From Mizuhopecten yessoensis (lineage: Eukaryota): a stretch of 64,000 nt of DNA. The notes beneath the pieces are model-generated. The model searched no databases. It was not told the DNA's origin and worked only from the letters and a program-made list of their open reading frames with translations. Where the stretch lies: NCBI RefSeq assembly GCF_002113885.1, contig NW_018406874.1:207293-271292 (forward strand), in the 5' to 3' direction. The stretch's first letter is position 1; every line of letters begins with the position of its first letter. Shown here piece by piece: positions 28,480 through 43,427 of this stretch. The translations under genes were made by a program, and so were the position numbers.

Positions 28480-29430
28480 AAAAATGATTATTTCAACAGT
28501 TAAGCTGTTTATAGAAAGTGAGATGATGTCAACTGTTCTAGGCTGATACCCTTGCTGGATTTCCAGAGTTCCCGGGGTGCCGTAGTGACAACTAGGACCG
28601 CAGCTCGTTAATAATTGACTTTCCATTGCTATCCCGTCGTTAACACTGACCGGGGAGACCGTCCCTGATGCCGGCAGCATGCTTAATGAGTATCAAATCG
28701 ATATAAAACATATACAAATTGATATTTATTTGCACTCATCTCCTTCAAGCTTTTTCATAGAACCCACATCTATCATTGCCAACAAAACCCATATTTGTCC
28801 TCATCTGCTAAATTGAGTGAGAATAATCCCCTCACGGGGAGAATATTTATACCGGACAATCGGCAGCAGCCTTTGATCCGGTCTTACATTATACTCTGTC
28901 GAGCTGGATGATGCTTGCCGGTGTAACATTCATTACTTTCAGCACTCCATGCTAATCTGTTGTTATCGGGCCGTAGCTTCCACGCCGAAGAGGGATCATC
29001 CTTTGTTTAGCAATGCAAAAGCGTTGAGGTACAAATCAAACAGTCATAATTATAGCCAACAAATATTTACATTTTTTAAAAGGTAGTGTTTTATGGGGGA
29101 ATGTATCCATGTTACTATTGATTAGGTATAGCGACAGGTATTAAAGGCAAATCTGCTCCAGCGCCTATACAGAAAAGGATTACGGCAAATTGTAGTAGCC
29201 CAGTCTGCCGCGTTGTCGCGGTAATGGATACGGGTAATATCATATTAATAACCGATCTGGTATCTGACGGCAGGGTGGTGTTCAGGCCATGTAATGGTTG
29301 TACTACTTGATCTGTAGACATGATCCTGGAACAGAGAACATCATTGGCGAGACACAATGTGGGTGAATCAGGAACACATCGACCACAAAAACCAACCGTG
29401 CGTAAAGGAACATGCAACATTTACATGTAT
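28480..29430. promoter_or_regulatory. Candidate downstream enhancer of FoxB
   Basis: About 1 kb of GC/CpG-enriched non-repeat sequence with CCTTTGATC (TCF/LEF consensus, 28870-28878), CCTTTGT, and many TAAT/GATTA sites. Confidence 0.35.
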
Positions 29431-30020
29431 ATAGCTCCAATAGTCAACAAAATGGTAAAATACGAAAAACATGTTTTTCCATCTTTTTTTCTATCGGTTG
29501 AAATTCTTTGTAAAAATCATAAATATAAAGATTGACCGATCCGAGGCTATTGCACGGTTTGGATGCTATCAGGTATAATTCCGACTGTTATGTATTATAG
29601 TTTTGAATTTAGAAGACTTCACTTTGAGAAAATACCAATAACATATACAGCAGAATTTCTTTTTATGGTGTTTTTTGTCGTTGAAAACACACTTGACTGA
29701 CGATTAAGCTTTATTTTAGTAATCTCTCTGATGTTGATGGTATTGCTAACGCTCTATCACGTATTCAGGCGAAGGATATACTCTGTAGTTTTGCATAGTT
29801 AATAATTAATGAATGTTCATATTCTAATGTCATATATATCATTTAATCTATTTCGATAGTTCCAAATCCGACATATGTTTCCATGTTTGGCTTTATTAGT
29901 ATAAAACATTATCTGAAACAATCTCTGTGTAGTAACATATTATCTTCAATGATCAAAAGTTTCCTTTCTGCAGCGAAAAAGTTTTCCTTATTGTATAAAA
30001 GTAAAAATAACTCACCAAAC

Positions 30021-30233
30021 ACTCGTGAATAACACAGGTCTTCTAACTTAGCTCTAACATAGTATATCACGTTACATTTGAACAGTTAAAACTTGTCAAT
30101 CGACAAGCTGAACGTGCAAAACCCTTAACATATACTTGTGAATAACACAGGTATTTCATACTTAGCCCTTACATAATATCTCAGTTTACATTTGAAGATT
30201 TATATCCTGACAATCGACATGTTGCACGTGAAA
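30021..30233. repeat. Diverged tandem duplication, 113 bp period, 2 copies
   Basis: GTGAATAACACAGGT at 30025 and 30138; CTTAGC, TTACATTTGAA, CAATCGACA and ACGTG are colinear in both copies. Confidence 0.8.
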
Positions 30234-33200
30234 GGATTCCATACCAATTAAGCATTGTCTCTCAAATTGTGTATTGTTTATTGATTTATTTATCTTTTAA
30301 ATAAATCTGCAAAAGCTGCTAACGAGTTACAGTTTTGATTGTGTGTTATGACCCTGTCTTAAAGAGCACTATATAAAAATGCATTGTTTTACAAATACTA
30401 AAAATGCACTATATACCATTTCTATAATAAAGTCATTTAATTATGGCTAATACATCGTCGACAGACTTTTTCAGGTTATATCGTGTAACCCAAAATAAGA
30501 CAAGAACAAAATGGATGAATTTGCCTAACGCAATTATTAGGTGCTATATTTGTAATTCTAACTCCTGTTTTGTTTTGTAGAAACTGCTTTGTGTTTATCA
30601 TGGATATGTAAATAATCAGAAACTTTTAAATCAAATAAAAAGCAAAAAGAATTATTCTTTTGGTAATTATATCTACTGACAAAAAACAACAAAAACAAAA
30701 AACAAAAAAAGAAGAAAGAAAGTAAAATCAAAATAAGATTGCTGAACCCAAAGTGTGTTATTATACACCATATGCTGAAATTGTACTATTGTGTAGATAA
30801 TCGTAATAACATGAACATAGCATTATGACAATGAGAAAATGTAATATACATTTGTATATATAGTACTAAATACTAAAAAAGGTCCCGTTTACTCATATAT
30901 GTCATTTTCATCATTTGCAGTGAATACATAGCTGCGATTATCAATATAGACTTTTAAATTAGTTTCTATTGTATTCGAGATCCCAAACGTTTCTTTATTC
31001 TAGATACACCCAAGCTGAAATAAACACTTCTACACTAGTTTTTTTCAAATTTAATATTAATTAAAACAAATTTATAATTTTATTTCATAGGTCAAGAATG
31101 TATGCGAATATTTACAACGGAAATGTTTTCTTTCATGCAATCTGATTTTGGATTCATGTCTATTTCCTTCTGCCATGATATCGTACCTAACCGTTTAATT
31201 ATGACGTCGTATTAAAGATATTTCTTGAAGCAATGCGGACATCTAAGACATTGTTGTGTTCATCTCATAACTTAATAGTCAACTGAAATGTTGTGTAAAG
31301 GCAATACCAGCTTCAAAAAAAAAAAGTTTACTTTAAATTGTATTTAATTTGTATTTGTATTTGTATTTGAAAGCCTGGACTCGTTCATTACAGATACATT
31401 GTAAGCTTACCAGGTAATATTTAGCCATACATATCATTTATCGTAAATGTTAGTAAAAACTCAAAATGATATCTGTGTATGAACTCGATGAATGTAATCA
31501 GAGACCGTATGTAACACGTTGCTTAGTTAAATGCTCAATCGTGATAATTTAGGTTATCTTCCCTATTCTTGTATTAGTTCAGACTCTTCTCGTACAGATT
31601 TTGCTACATTTTCAACTTTTCGGTTACATTACCTGGTAGCAGCAAAATATTAGACACTATTATCCCGCTGTCGTATCATATTACAAAAAGTGTTATAGTT
31701 AGATATTAAGTTAACGAATCCAATGAATAGTCTTCCTTTTTAATTTCATACCTTATTAATTACACATGCAAGGGAAGGTCTCATCTTCCTAAATGTTATG
31801 AAATAATCTTATTATTCAATACATTGTATTGATACAAGTGTATCTTGTAATTGTATACAAATATGCTGAAACATGCTGCTCCTGCCCTGAGGAGTCTGCT
31901 ATATGGAGACTGTTGAATAAATCTGTTATTGCCTGATAGACACATGAAATTACAAACATAGACAAATTTTGCTGGTTTCATAGGCTGTGCTGAAATTATT
32001 ATTCGATTCATGTTTATCTGTAAAAAAAGATACAAAAAAGACAACTCTGAATTGATATAAGGATATACAGGATTGACATAACAATAAAATGCTGAAATGT
32101 TTTCGTAAATAACATCATTTCCTTGGATGACATTTCAGGAACCCGTGATTCGATCAACTTGTGGTGTGCTGCTCCTCGAGATCACAAAGGTAGCTCCCAC
32201 TAGAACACAAATGTAATACACCATTATCCCAATCTGTGGTATTTTACATCTTCATTGTCCTCCTCAACCTTTTGCTGTAAAACCAAATATTTATTCAGCG
32301 CTCAGTCCGCAAGTGGAAACATTCACAAAAATGGGATTTTAATTGTTCGACCAAGTGAAAAAATGTATGGGATTTGTGAGTTGCTTTCATTTTAAATAGT
32401 TTATTGAGACGGAAAATGTCCGCTTTACCTTCCTTTGAAGTTTCGCTGGAAAATAGCGAGTTTAGTCACCCTCCCTCTTTGTTGTTAGGTTAAATTCCTG
32501 CTCACACGATTGACATTTCCCTGGTATTTTCGAGGATAATACTCCATAAATGCACGCACATTAACACACAGAAGAGTTCCAATCTAGGTGTCAATAAAAC
32601 GTTTTACTACACAGGTGTTACTGCGGAATAAATAAACATTTGTGTGAGGAAGCCTAATGGATTCTGACCTCCACATTCCTCCGATATAAACGGGATTTAT
32701 AATTAATTAACTTACAAGAGACGAATTACCCTAATAGGGTCAGGAAAAGGTTGAGTATATCGTAGTGAGAAATTACCTGAGTGTATGTCTTTTTAGCTGA
32801 ATAGCACTCTAAAAGAGGCGTCACTCTCGGATGTTATTGAAGTTTAAAACGTACAAACTCATTAGGAATTGTTATGTGATTGTATATATATAGTGTATCC
32901 TCAATCAAACTTTGTTAAGCATGAATTCAGAATTGAGACTAACAATTATTGTCAATGCATTTGTGTTTTTGTACTGGCATTCCTCTCAAACGTGTTATGA
33001 GATATTTTGCTCGGTCCAAACGACGATAGAAATAGAGTTTTACAGTTGTACAAGCACAAAACTCTTTTGAAGTTGCGATATATCAACAAGCCAGCATGCA
33101 CTAGGTATATCTTATTTTATTAAAGTGAAGGAGATTTTATGCACATCAGGTTTACCAATATACAGGAATATTAATTCTAATGTTTTACGTTTTATAATTG

Positions 33201-36200
33201 TGTACACCATTTTTAGTCTAAGGATGACTTATGCTTAGAATTCTTGTAATTTCATGTGAATTACTTGTTTTGCAATGTCAGGAATTACTGAGATGTTCTA
33301 AGCTATAGTAATCATATGTCATTGTACTCGTTCTTTCTGCCAGGTTTGTTAAAAGATATATAAAAAAAAATATACAAGGATATTCTTTATTACAGTTTGA
33401 TCTTGCAAAATAAAAAATAAAAACATCATTTTTATATTGCATTCTCTTTCTTTCTTGAAGGCTATCATCTTAACTTCTTATAACCCATATCTATTTAATT
33501 TAATTCAATTGAAAAAAAATATGGAAATTTATCTTTATGAAATACCCTGCAATGTTTGTGGATGAAATAGTAAATATGTTTTTTAATATTCACTTCTTAT
33601 TAATAAGATATTTTTGTCTTAAAACAGGAAATAAAAGAGAGAATAAGTGTTTTCGTTTTTACAGTATCACTCGAATACTCCAGGTGTTAAAGGCCAAACC
33701 TAATTAGGATTGAATAATCAACATCAGATTCATAGTTATGCAGCGCTTGGAAAGGAAAAAATATTCGGCAACTTTTGGGTGATGTTTTTGTTTTTGTTTT
33801 TTTAATGTCTTTTAATTTCAGAGATGATTATATAAACTACAAGAGACTTTAAGAATGTTCACAGTTTGAGTATGCGAGTGTGATAATATCTAGTAATATG
33901 CTTTTGTTGATTTTTTTTTATTAACAAACAAATCTTTTTTATATTCCAACTAAGACAAGATTGCTGTTTGTTGTTGTTTTGTTTTGACGAATTCTTAAGA
34001 CTTTTGTTAATTTTTAAAATAATACTTTACATCACATAATCAAGAGAGAACATAATGAGACGTCACATGCAGCCTATAGATTAGAAATATGATTTTTCAA
34101 TAAATAAAGGAATTATTGTTAATAAGTTTGAATAAAATACAAATTGCTAATATATGCACGATGACTTCCTGCTACAAACGACTGTGTGTCTTTTGTGTAG
34201 CCTTACAACAGGAGTTTTATTGATTAGGGACGAGTCTAATGGTAGGCATGTCTGTATCCTCCAGGTGACATGTACTCTTCTGTAACATTTGTCATACTTA
34301 TGTCACTCCAGTCTAAACAACAAACAACATAGATAGGTTCCACTAAAACACACTATCTTAAAATCTCATTATTTTGTTCTTAGCAACATGTATATCACAA
34401 AATAAATGGAGCATATTTGTCGCCTATATTTGGTTTGGCTTAGATTTCAAGTCAGCGACAACATTAACTTGTATCCTATAGTGTTTTAAAATAAGGGATT
34501 ACACAGGAATTATGTCATATTGCTTTTATGCAAGTAACATTGTCTTAGCATCTTTAGATCATTAGTAGCCTTATAAGTGAAACTGATCACAATTGAATAC
34601 AAAAGATTAACTTGATTTATAAATGTAACCTATTTTAAGTTGAGTAGTAAAGGTAAAATTAAGCTTTTATTCTCTTTTGATTTAGAGATTAGAATATTTT
34701 GTTTAGATCTTACAACGCGATGAAACATTGGTTAAGCAAAAACTTTTAATTTGATAGATAATTGTCCCCAGAAGCAAACAATCATAAGAGGATATGTGCA
34801 AACATTGCGTTAATACTGAAAAAAGGTTAGCCAATCAAGTCTTATTTTTGTAACTATTTCTAACATATCTCATGATTTTAAAAACAAATGCATTGAAAAT
34901 ACATCATTCACAAGTTAATTTCGAGTTTATTATGTAGATAAATCAAGCAGGTTATATATTATCAGTTAAAATAAGGAGCTTGAAAATAAAATCAATGTCG
35001 CAGAAGACAAATATTGTTTTGATTGTATTTGGTTAGAAAGATATATTTATTCTAGTTCCATAGAAATAATTATGTGTTTGGCATTGCTAAACAACATAAA
35101 ACACAGACTGTGTATTCGCCATAAGCAATAAAATTGTATTATTTATGTTTAAAATTCATGACAACTTTGAGATCATTTTGACCGGCTGATGCAATATTTT
35201 ATAAGATACATTCTACCATGTTTATCGAGAATATACATTGTTTCTAAATGGTGCGTGATCAGTTAGGAAATAGAAAAATGTTTTATGCAAGATCCTCAAT
35301 TACAATTATAATCTCCAATATTTTTTAATATCTATTTTTGACGTGAGTCACCACAGTTATGCCTCAAATTAAACAAAAGAAGACTAGAAATGCATCCATG
35401 TATGAACTAGTCGGTCAGAATAACTGTCTGTAGACTAGGATAGCCTCTGATTTGTAACATTTCACAGATCTACTCAGATCGTTCAGCTATGTCTTTTAGA
35501 TTTATCGGTTTGCTGACCAAAATTTTAATAAATATTAAGACTATATAAATCCCCAAATGTTACAATAAAACAAAGAATATATTATAGATCTAAGGAGTGT
35601 AATGCAAAGAAAATGTAAACAATATCTGTTTTACAACAACTATGAAACAAGTTGTTACAACGTATAAAAATCACTCTTGTTGGCTCAGACGGAACTGGCA
35701 GGAGTCTGAACTAAGAAATATTATGGGCTAATTATTTCATTATTACTATCCTTTTTGAAATGCTCATGCATAAAATCATAAAAAAACATTACGTTATGTG
35801 ACATTTTGAATATAACTTCTTACATATTTACACGTAAATAAGGTGTATTTCTCATTCGGTGCATGTATGGTTCAACCTTTTGTTAGGCAATCCTCTAAAA
35901 TTGTCCATACAGAACGTATTACTCTTAGCCAGGAAAGTTAGTTCAGTCAGTATTCATATACGTCCTGATTTGTTCCTCCATTGTGAGGACACGGTGTATG
36001 TATTTAATGTTTTCTTAATATGATTGAGGTTGTTATTAAAATGTATATCTCCTTAAGTGTTCAGCTACATATCTGTCCCGTATTGTCATTGAAACCGCAT
36101 CTGTGCATGTAAAATATTGACACTTTCAATTACCGCAACATTGGATGAATTCATTTGAATAAGAAAAGGGTCTGAAGTGAGAGCATGACACGACGTATTG

Positions 36201-37824
36201 AGAATACAGATACTCTATGTGACAAGCAATTTAAATCAACTCGGACAAAACACTTCAGAAAAAGTCAACAAAAAGTTGAAAAAATTCTACAAAACTGAAC
36301 CACAAGGCCCAAATCTGTATGCAATTCGCCTACTGAGTCTGTATGATACAGGATTAACCTAAATTGAATTCGACATTTTCAAATGCAGTAAATCTATTTA
36401 GTCTGCAACACGCTATTTCTGAACACCATTAAACAGAACTAATCGTTCATAGACAAACTGTAAACATAGAATGCTGGGTGAGACATGTGTTATATAACAT
36501 TGAGACAAAATGTAACATTTATTTGTTTTGTTTTGCATATTATAATTGAAAAAAAAAATCTATTTTTTATAGACAGAATGCATATGTATTTCATCCTTGA
36601 TATTTTGTATTGAGATATTTTATTCAGAAATATCTTTAACTGATTACAATTAAGTTCGGATGTTGATAATTGGTGAAGTTGCAATATTTTCAATTAAATC
36701 TAAAGTCGTTAGCTTGTGTTTGGTTTATAATCCCCTTTATCATTATCTATTTATATCAGAAATAGTGCGATGCGTCGAAATTTAAGTTTCGATGTTATAT
36801 TACAAGGTTAGGCAATAGAAGTCAGTTTTCAAAACGAATTTCGAGAATTGCTGATTTTTCTGCGAGACTATATTACTTGATCGCTTGGTTTTTCAGTTTC
36901 ATAAATTTACTTTGCATTCATTTCGATATTTATTATAGCATTGTTTGAAAACAGTAAGTCAATTAAGTTTATTTTACTTCTGTTTTCCATAAATATTTAA
37001 TTATAAAGTTGCTTTTTACATTGACATGTATACTGTCGTTACGTATTTCCCCCCAAATATCATGTGTGAATTCTTTATCAAAATCATAATGAGCTTTGAG
37101 ATATCGCAAGTGAAATATGAATTGTGAAATGAGAAAACAATGCAGATTCAACATAATATATTGACTTGTGATTAGTCCAAGGTATAACAACAGCAACACG
37201 AAAGACTTTAGTAAGTATTCTTAAAGTACAACATATCAGACTTTGCAGTGATTAATCTGAATAAGTTAGGTGTGTGTAAAACATTCTATAACCGAGATTG
37301 TAAGTTATGATAACAATTATCAATATATTGGAATAGGGATATAAAGTAAAGTACCATCATTTATAATAAACAATAAAATGTTAAAATTTTGCTTCTAAAC
37401 TGCAAATCAATTTCTTTGAAATATTGAGGCGTGCATGGAATGAAGTATTTACGTTTGTTTTTGTTAAATATTACAATTATTTTATGTTTGCACACGATAT
37501 ACAATGTTTGACATCTTTTAAATAAATTTAAGCGTCAACGTAGCAAAACACGTTTTTCACAGAAAACATCCACCGCTGTATCCGTTAAAATGTTTCTTTT
37601 GCCGAGCAGTTAAAACAGTGGTGCATTATTTGAATTGTTTATTACATGTTCTATTTACATGCTTCATAATGCGAAATAAATTGTATTGCCAAGAACGAAA
37701 ACCAATCTACATCCCACATTTTCCCCTTTACTAGAAATTGGAATTAAAATGTAAGCCACAATGTATGAAATATTACAACAGTTGAAAATAAAACAAATTC
37801 AAAAAACGTTTTGTTTTGTTTTGT

Positions 37825-37830
37825 TTTATT
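37825..37830 (-). terminator. Candidate FoxB polyadenylation signal
   Basis: AATAAA on the minus strand ~210 nt after the stop; an alternative lies at 37638-37643. Confidence 0.4.
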
Positions 37831-38036
37831 CACGTGATAATATAAGTGAATAATTAGACATAACAGTCATGTCTTACCTGTGCTATAACACCATAGAAAA
37901 CATGAATTCTTCAATTCAATTGAAAAGAATTAATATCACTTAACTTTTAGCAATTACCAGCGTTCAGGATGAAAACACAGCTCCAATGTTCGGTTCCCTT
38001 GCAGTTTGGTTAACTTATGAAATATTACAATAACCA

Positions 38037-38972
38037 TCAAGACGTCTGTTCAATTGACAAGACAAGTCCATGTTCTCTTTTCGATTGTGCCATTTTGATG
38101 GAGCGCTCAATGTCTAGTCCCGTTGTTGAAAGATTAAGGGCTGAACGAGCACTAGCTATAACATTCTGTTCGCTTTGGTATGAAAGAGCCGAATACGGCG
38201 AAGGTTTGATAGGTAGAGGAACAGCGGGTATTCGGTGGTGGGACAGTGCGTGGTTTGATTTCAGGATAGTTTGATACTCCGCTGCCATTCCATACGAGGA
38301 AGCAAGCGATGATAATATCTCTCCAGTTGAGTACGGAGTCACAAAGTTAGAACACGACATCGTACCAGCAAATTGAGTTGCGAACGCTGGCAGAGGGGTG
38401 GGTAGAATTGGTTGGGGAAGTACACCACTCGTCTTGTTTTCCGGGGCAATAATATTTTCTATCGTAAAAGGTTGTTTGAATGAGCTCAAATTGCCATGCC
38501 CTGTCAGGTGACCATACGGCTGGAATCTCGGTGACTGTTGAGGTGCGTGATTCACAGGAGACAATTGGGTCCTGTCTGCAAAATATGGTGATTCCAAACA
38601 CTGCCTCAGGGGGTCTAAGAAGGCTCTTTGCATGCTGTTTAGTTTGAATCGCTTTCTCCTTCTCAAAAAACTTCCATTTTCAAACATTTCTCCGCACATT
38701 GGATGCAGGGCCCAGTAGCTACCCTTTCCTGGACGGTCCGGTCTTCTCGGAATTTTGATAAAACAGTCATTAAATGACAGATTGTGTCGGAGGGAATTTT
38801 GCCATCTTTGAGTATTTTGTCTATAAAACGGAAATCTGTCCATGATGAATTTATAAATGTCATTCAATGGTAGCATTTTCTCCTGTGAAGACTGAATAGC
38901 CATAGCGGTAAGTGCTATATAGGAGTACGGAGGTTTCTGTTCATTGTAAGTGTTTCGTCCTGGTCTAGGCAT
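38037..38972 (-). CDS. FoxB: Forkhead box B transcription factor, 311 aa, uninterrupted CDS
   Basis: FoxB-diagnostic N-terminus [17 protein letters not shown]; forkhead domain with [51 protein letters not shown]; eh1/Groucho motif FTIENIIA (38445-38468). The true start is the ATG at 38972, not the GTG at 39065 used by the ORF track. Confidence 0.98.
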   Translation of the reverse strand: MPRPGRNTYNEQKPPYSYIALTAMAIQSSQEKMLPLNDIYKFIMDRFPFYRQNTQRWQNSLRHNLSFNDCFIKIPRRPDRPGKGSYWALHPMCGEMFENGSFLRRRKRFKLNSMQRAFLDPLRQCLESPYFADRTQLSPVNHAPQQSPRFQPYGHLTGHGNLSSFKQPFTIENIIAPENKTSGVLPQPILPTPLPAFATQFAGTMSCSNFVTPYSTGEILSSLASSYGMAAEYQTILKSNHALSHHRIPAVPLPIKPSPYSALSYQSEQNVIASARSALNLSTTGLDIERSIKMAQSKREHGLVLSIEQTS

Positions 38973-39224
38973 GATGAAGACACTTAATCCTACAAACACA
39001 TACAGAAAAAAGGGCGAGAAAAAAATACAGCTTACTGAGGCAAAAGACAGTAATTTCTTCTTCACAAGTTTGTTAAGTCCAATGTTTACACTCCTTGATC
39101 ACTTTCACGACAACTCTTCCCCGGTCCGGTCATTATCAACAGATGATGTGGAAAAATCTTGCTTCTTGTCTTGTAACATCACATGTACCTTCCAGTCATT
39201 TGTCAAGCGCAAAACAAATTTCAT

Positions 39225-39330
39225 TCCGTTTACAAACAGTTGATATAAGGCTGAAAAACATCCATTCGCGTGTGTCCTATTATATATCGTTACTAGCATT
39301 CGACGTGTCAATCTTCCGGCAGGGGGCGGT
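39225..39330 (-). promoter_or_regulatory. Putative FoxB core promoter
   Basis: TATATAAT on the minus strand (39286-39279); Inr-like TCAG near 39252; GC-box/CTCF-like CCGGCAGGGGGCGG (39316-39329, plus strand); forkhead-type TGTTTGT at 39238-39232. Confidence 0.55.
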
Positions 39331-42300
39331 ATGCATCCTATTTGTATACAAATGATGCTAAACATTCCACGAATGACATTTGGTAAGGGGCTGTCCTTCA
39401 CTAGAGGTCATGACATGGTGGATTCATCTGAGCAGGACAGGAACATCCCATACACGGCTACAATGGCGAATGGATTTGAAATTACTGAGACATTAATCTC
39501 GGCTTCTCGTAAGGTATTAAAGTATTAGGCAGTCGTCCTGCTTGAAAAGACACACGTATGTCTGTCAAAGAAATCGCTTGAAAACGAGAGAGGTCCAAAT
39601 TTGTCAATACAAGCAATAAACTTAGGGCCTTGATCGATGTGACGCTGTTCTGACAAAGAAAGCGTGAAGTGCCAGCGCTCTAATTAAGAAGTGGCAATTT
39701 AATGGACTCTGTCTGGATGCCTTAGGTACCAGTGTTGACGCTAATATGCTTCAACCCCGATATCCGCTAGAAAATCACTTCCGACATTACACATTCATTC
39801 CAATAACAAGCTGGCGATTAATTAGCTACTGTATTAATAATAAGGAAAAGAATACCAGCTAATAATGATAGACTTAATCAAATGTATGAATACATATTTT
39901 ACCTTTAATTCCATTCTAATTTTTATAACGCTTGTTTTCATTTGAATACAGAAAAGAATTGGAATAGTTTTTTCTATACAGGAGACTCCAACTAATTTGA
40001 AAAAGTTCTAGAAAACTATAATGTCTTATCATCCAATGTTTTTGATAATGTTATACATTGAAAGTATCCTATTCCATTTCATGAAACAAATATATATGGT
40101 AACATAAGCGAACTTCATTTGAATCAAAAACGAAAACAGGGGAAGAAAATTGTAATGGCATAGTATTGCTTGGTTTCGTTTAAATACATTTATCTAGATT
40201 TCTGTCGTGTGCAATTTTATATGAAAATAATAAGTTAAACATAATCCTCTGTTAGGCTATCTAAAAATGGCTGGTTTTAAGGTTTCAAAGTCGTGGATGA
40301 GTATCTTTATAAAAATATACAAAGCCAGTTGATACCATCAAAAGATTCATACGATGTTAGAAATGATTTCGCAACTAGAAGATCAAGTAATAAACACGCT
40401 GTTTACGGGATATAAAACCACGGTATATTGCCGATTGAGATATTAAAATGATTTAGTAATGGTAACGCACTGTGGGAATCAGTATGGGAGGGAGTTATGT
40501 CATCATACGGCCGAGCTCGGTCCCATTTAGCTATAACGTAATATCATTTGTACAAAAGGATTGGTGTACTTATACACACAACTATAGAATATATTTATAT
40601 ATCTAAATGCGTTTGAATGGACATTACAAAATCTCAAAAGGTAATACAACAAGACACAGACATTAAATGTGGACCATTTGTTACCGTAGACTGTGCAAGT
40701 AAAAAATAACATTGGAAATGTCCTTTAGTTTGTATTATATAAACGTCATTTCTGCATTTCCTTTTGAACAGTTTAAAAATAGAATAAAATCCATTTGTTT
40801 TTATTTCACTTTATTTATTATGGAATTTAAAAAAGATGTAACTGTTTTATCAAAAGGATAAGCTAACACTGCCGAATAGAATGGAATACCATGCAATTAG
40901 AAGTTTAGTGTTCAAAGCAAAAAAAAAAAAACATAATATTATAATGTTAAAAATAGCATCAAAATGTACACAAAATCGTCTCTTTGGCTTTTTAAAATTA
41001 TCGTATGGATTTGCATTTTTTCTATTTTTGTTTTGTTTTGTTTTGTATTTTTATAAATGGCTATTATTTAAATTTCAATAAAAAAAAATATTTTAAATTA
41101 TTAACTAAATATTCTAAGTGGGCCGTAAGACGTCAGCATTACCATCGGTGATTTGTAACATACAATGGCTGAAATTTTGTAGAGTTTTAAACACATCATA
41201 AATAGATATTGCAATCAAAATTAAATACCTGTAAGATAACCATTGAAATCATGTTTATCGCTAGCTATGTAGAAATAGCTAATCGCGAAACTATGACATG
41301 AAGATACTTCAGGTTTTATTATTAACCGAATAAATAATACCGGGAATTATATTAACTGTATATGTGAAAGCGAAACTGATAACAAATACAATTGTATGCT
41401 TATACATATTCTTCCCAGTTGCATGTGGTACAATAGTTTAAGAACTAACAACAAGTATTTTTATAACACTCCTGATAAATATTACCGTAGGGCATTGAAA
41501 TGTAATCTTCTGTATGGTACAATGTGATAAATATAAATATATTATCCCAGTAGTCAGATCTTCTTTGTGGCTGCTATTCATCAGTTCTCATCCATTAATC
41601 AAATCAATGAATTTCAACAAAATAGGTTCCAAACATTTAAGTGCCATTTTAGGCTATGGCAACGTTATGTCATTATGTCGTCCTAGGCGTCGATTTTTTC
41701 CCGTCGTTTTTGTTCGGTTCATGCTTTTGGAAAACAAAATGGACATTACAGCGGGTTGATGATGAGTGATGTTTTGCAGAAAATATAAAAATAATTGCCT
41801 ACCTATTCGTTCTTCTGACGTCTCAAATTGCCCTCGTGTTTTTGTGCGAATGAATATATTTCACACGCTCTTAGGTCCTCGTATAACATATCCATACGAA
41901 CAATGTGGGAAGTCAGATGAACACATTTGTGTTATTTCCCTATCTATCTATAATGCAATAACTTCACCATTTATATCATATCAATTATACACTAAAGAAT
42001 ACATACAAGCTGGTCAGAATACTATGTGTGGCTGCCACTACTTTATAACAAACAGTAGTACTAATGACAGAATGGTACATATAGGCACCCTGTTCATACT
42101 AATAGGAATTATACCTTTATAAAAATGAAAATAAATGAAAGATTACATCCCAAGTATTTTATTCAGTAATCAATTTCGATCAAATTAGTAATATTTATAT
42201 TTTACATGGTAACCTCCAATTTAAACTTAGTGATTTGATTAATTACCCAGGAAAAAACTTTTCAAACAGAAAAAATGCTATTATGAATAACGTCAATGTT

Positions 42301-43427
42301 TATAATGAGAGAATCGTAAGCTGATTGGTGGTCTTTGTCTCTGATCTTTATTGTTATTGATGATGTTTTCAATTAAACGAACGTAAAGCTGAATTTCTCA
42401 CCAATTAGACGCAAAGTAAATTTGGATGAAACCCAACATAACATTGTCACCATGTGTACAGTGTATAGACGCGAACTACTGAATTATTTATACAGAATCA
42501 TTATCGTATGTGAATAAACGGGCATGCACCGCCGTCGTAAAAACTCTATTTTCTTGACATTATACATTCCTGGTTGCCGATCATTTGAATTTCCTTTTTG
42601 CTTGTATGGTCACCTACCATAGGTATAATCGTCGCCCCGCCAAGGTTTTATCCGAGGCCCTAGCGGTGACTGGGCACCGTATTTAAATCTCATTAGTCAC
42701 TGACTAAATGGTGTGTTAAACTCTGGTAAGCGATTTGGTAGCGCCGATTGGATTTTACCAATGATGCTACATGAAAACGTCTGGATTGCAAAACATTAAT
42801 TCCTGATACATTGCATGGCACATTTGTCACCAGAGAAAAGAAACACTGTATTTGAAAGGGATTTGTGCAGTGAGCCTTAAATATGTTTCAAATAGACAGG
42901 AAGATGAAAAGATTACCATCGAACGTTTTGTCAATAACGTGATCATGAAGATTAATTTGTCCGAGGCGGTCGAATTTACATTACTTACATTGTTATTAAC
43001 GCCCTATTGAAGTTGCTACATTGTAGGGACGAATGATTATTTACATTGTAGGAAATATATACAATGATGAGGATATCTCAAAACCTAATAACGACATATC
43101 TTCATTTTTTGTTAATTGCATATGTATATGACCATATAATAATATTTATGTCCGCGATTATAAATATCACTGATATTCATATTCATCGTCATCGGTAATT
43201 AATACTTTGTGTACATGTCCCCTTAATATTTCTGCCATTCTACGAAAATAATTTATGAACTTACTTTCAATATGATTTAATTATTACTATATCTGCTGTC
43301 AGTATCGTATATCTAACTTAACGAAACGGACATTGTATAAGTACTAAGCACTTTGTTTTCTAAACATTTTCCTCAGGTTGGTAAGTATGGATTATGAAAA
43401 TTATTTTTACACAACCAATAAAAATTT

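Noticed and set aside
38973-39065. 31-aa hydrophobic N-terminal extension of FoxB from a GTG (membrane-tethered isoform idea)
   Set aside because: Better explained as the polypyrimidine tract of a splice acceptor; FoxB proteins begin at MPRPG.
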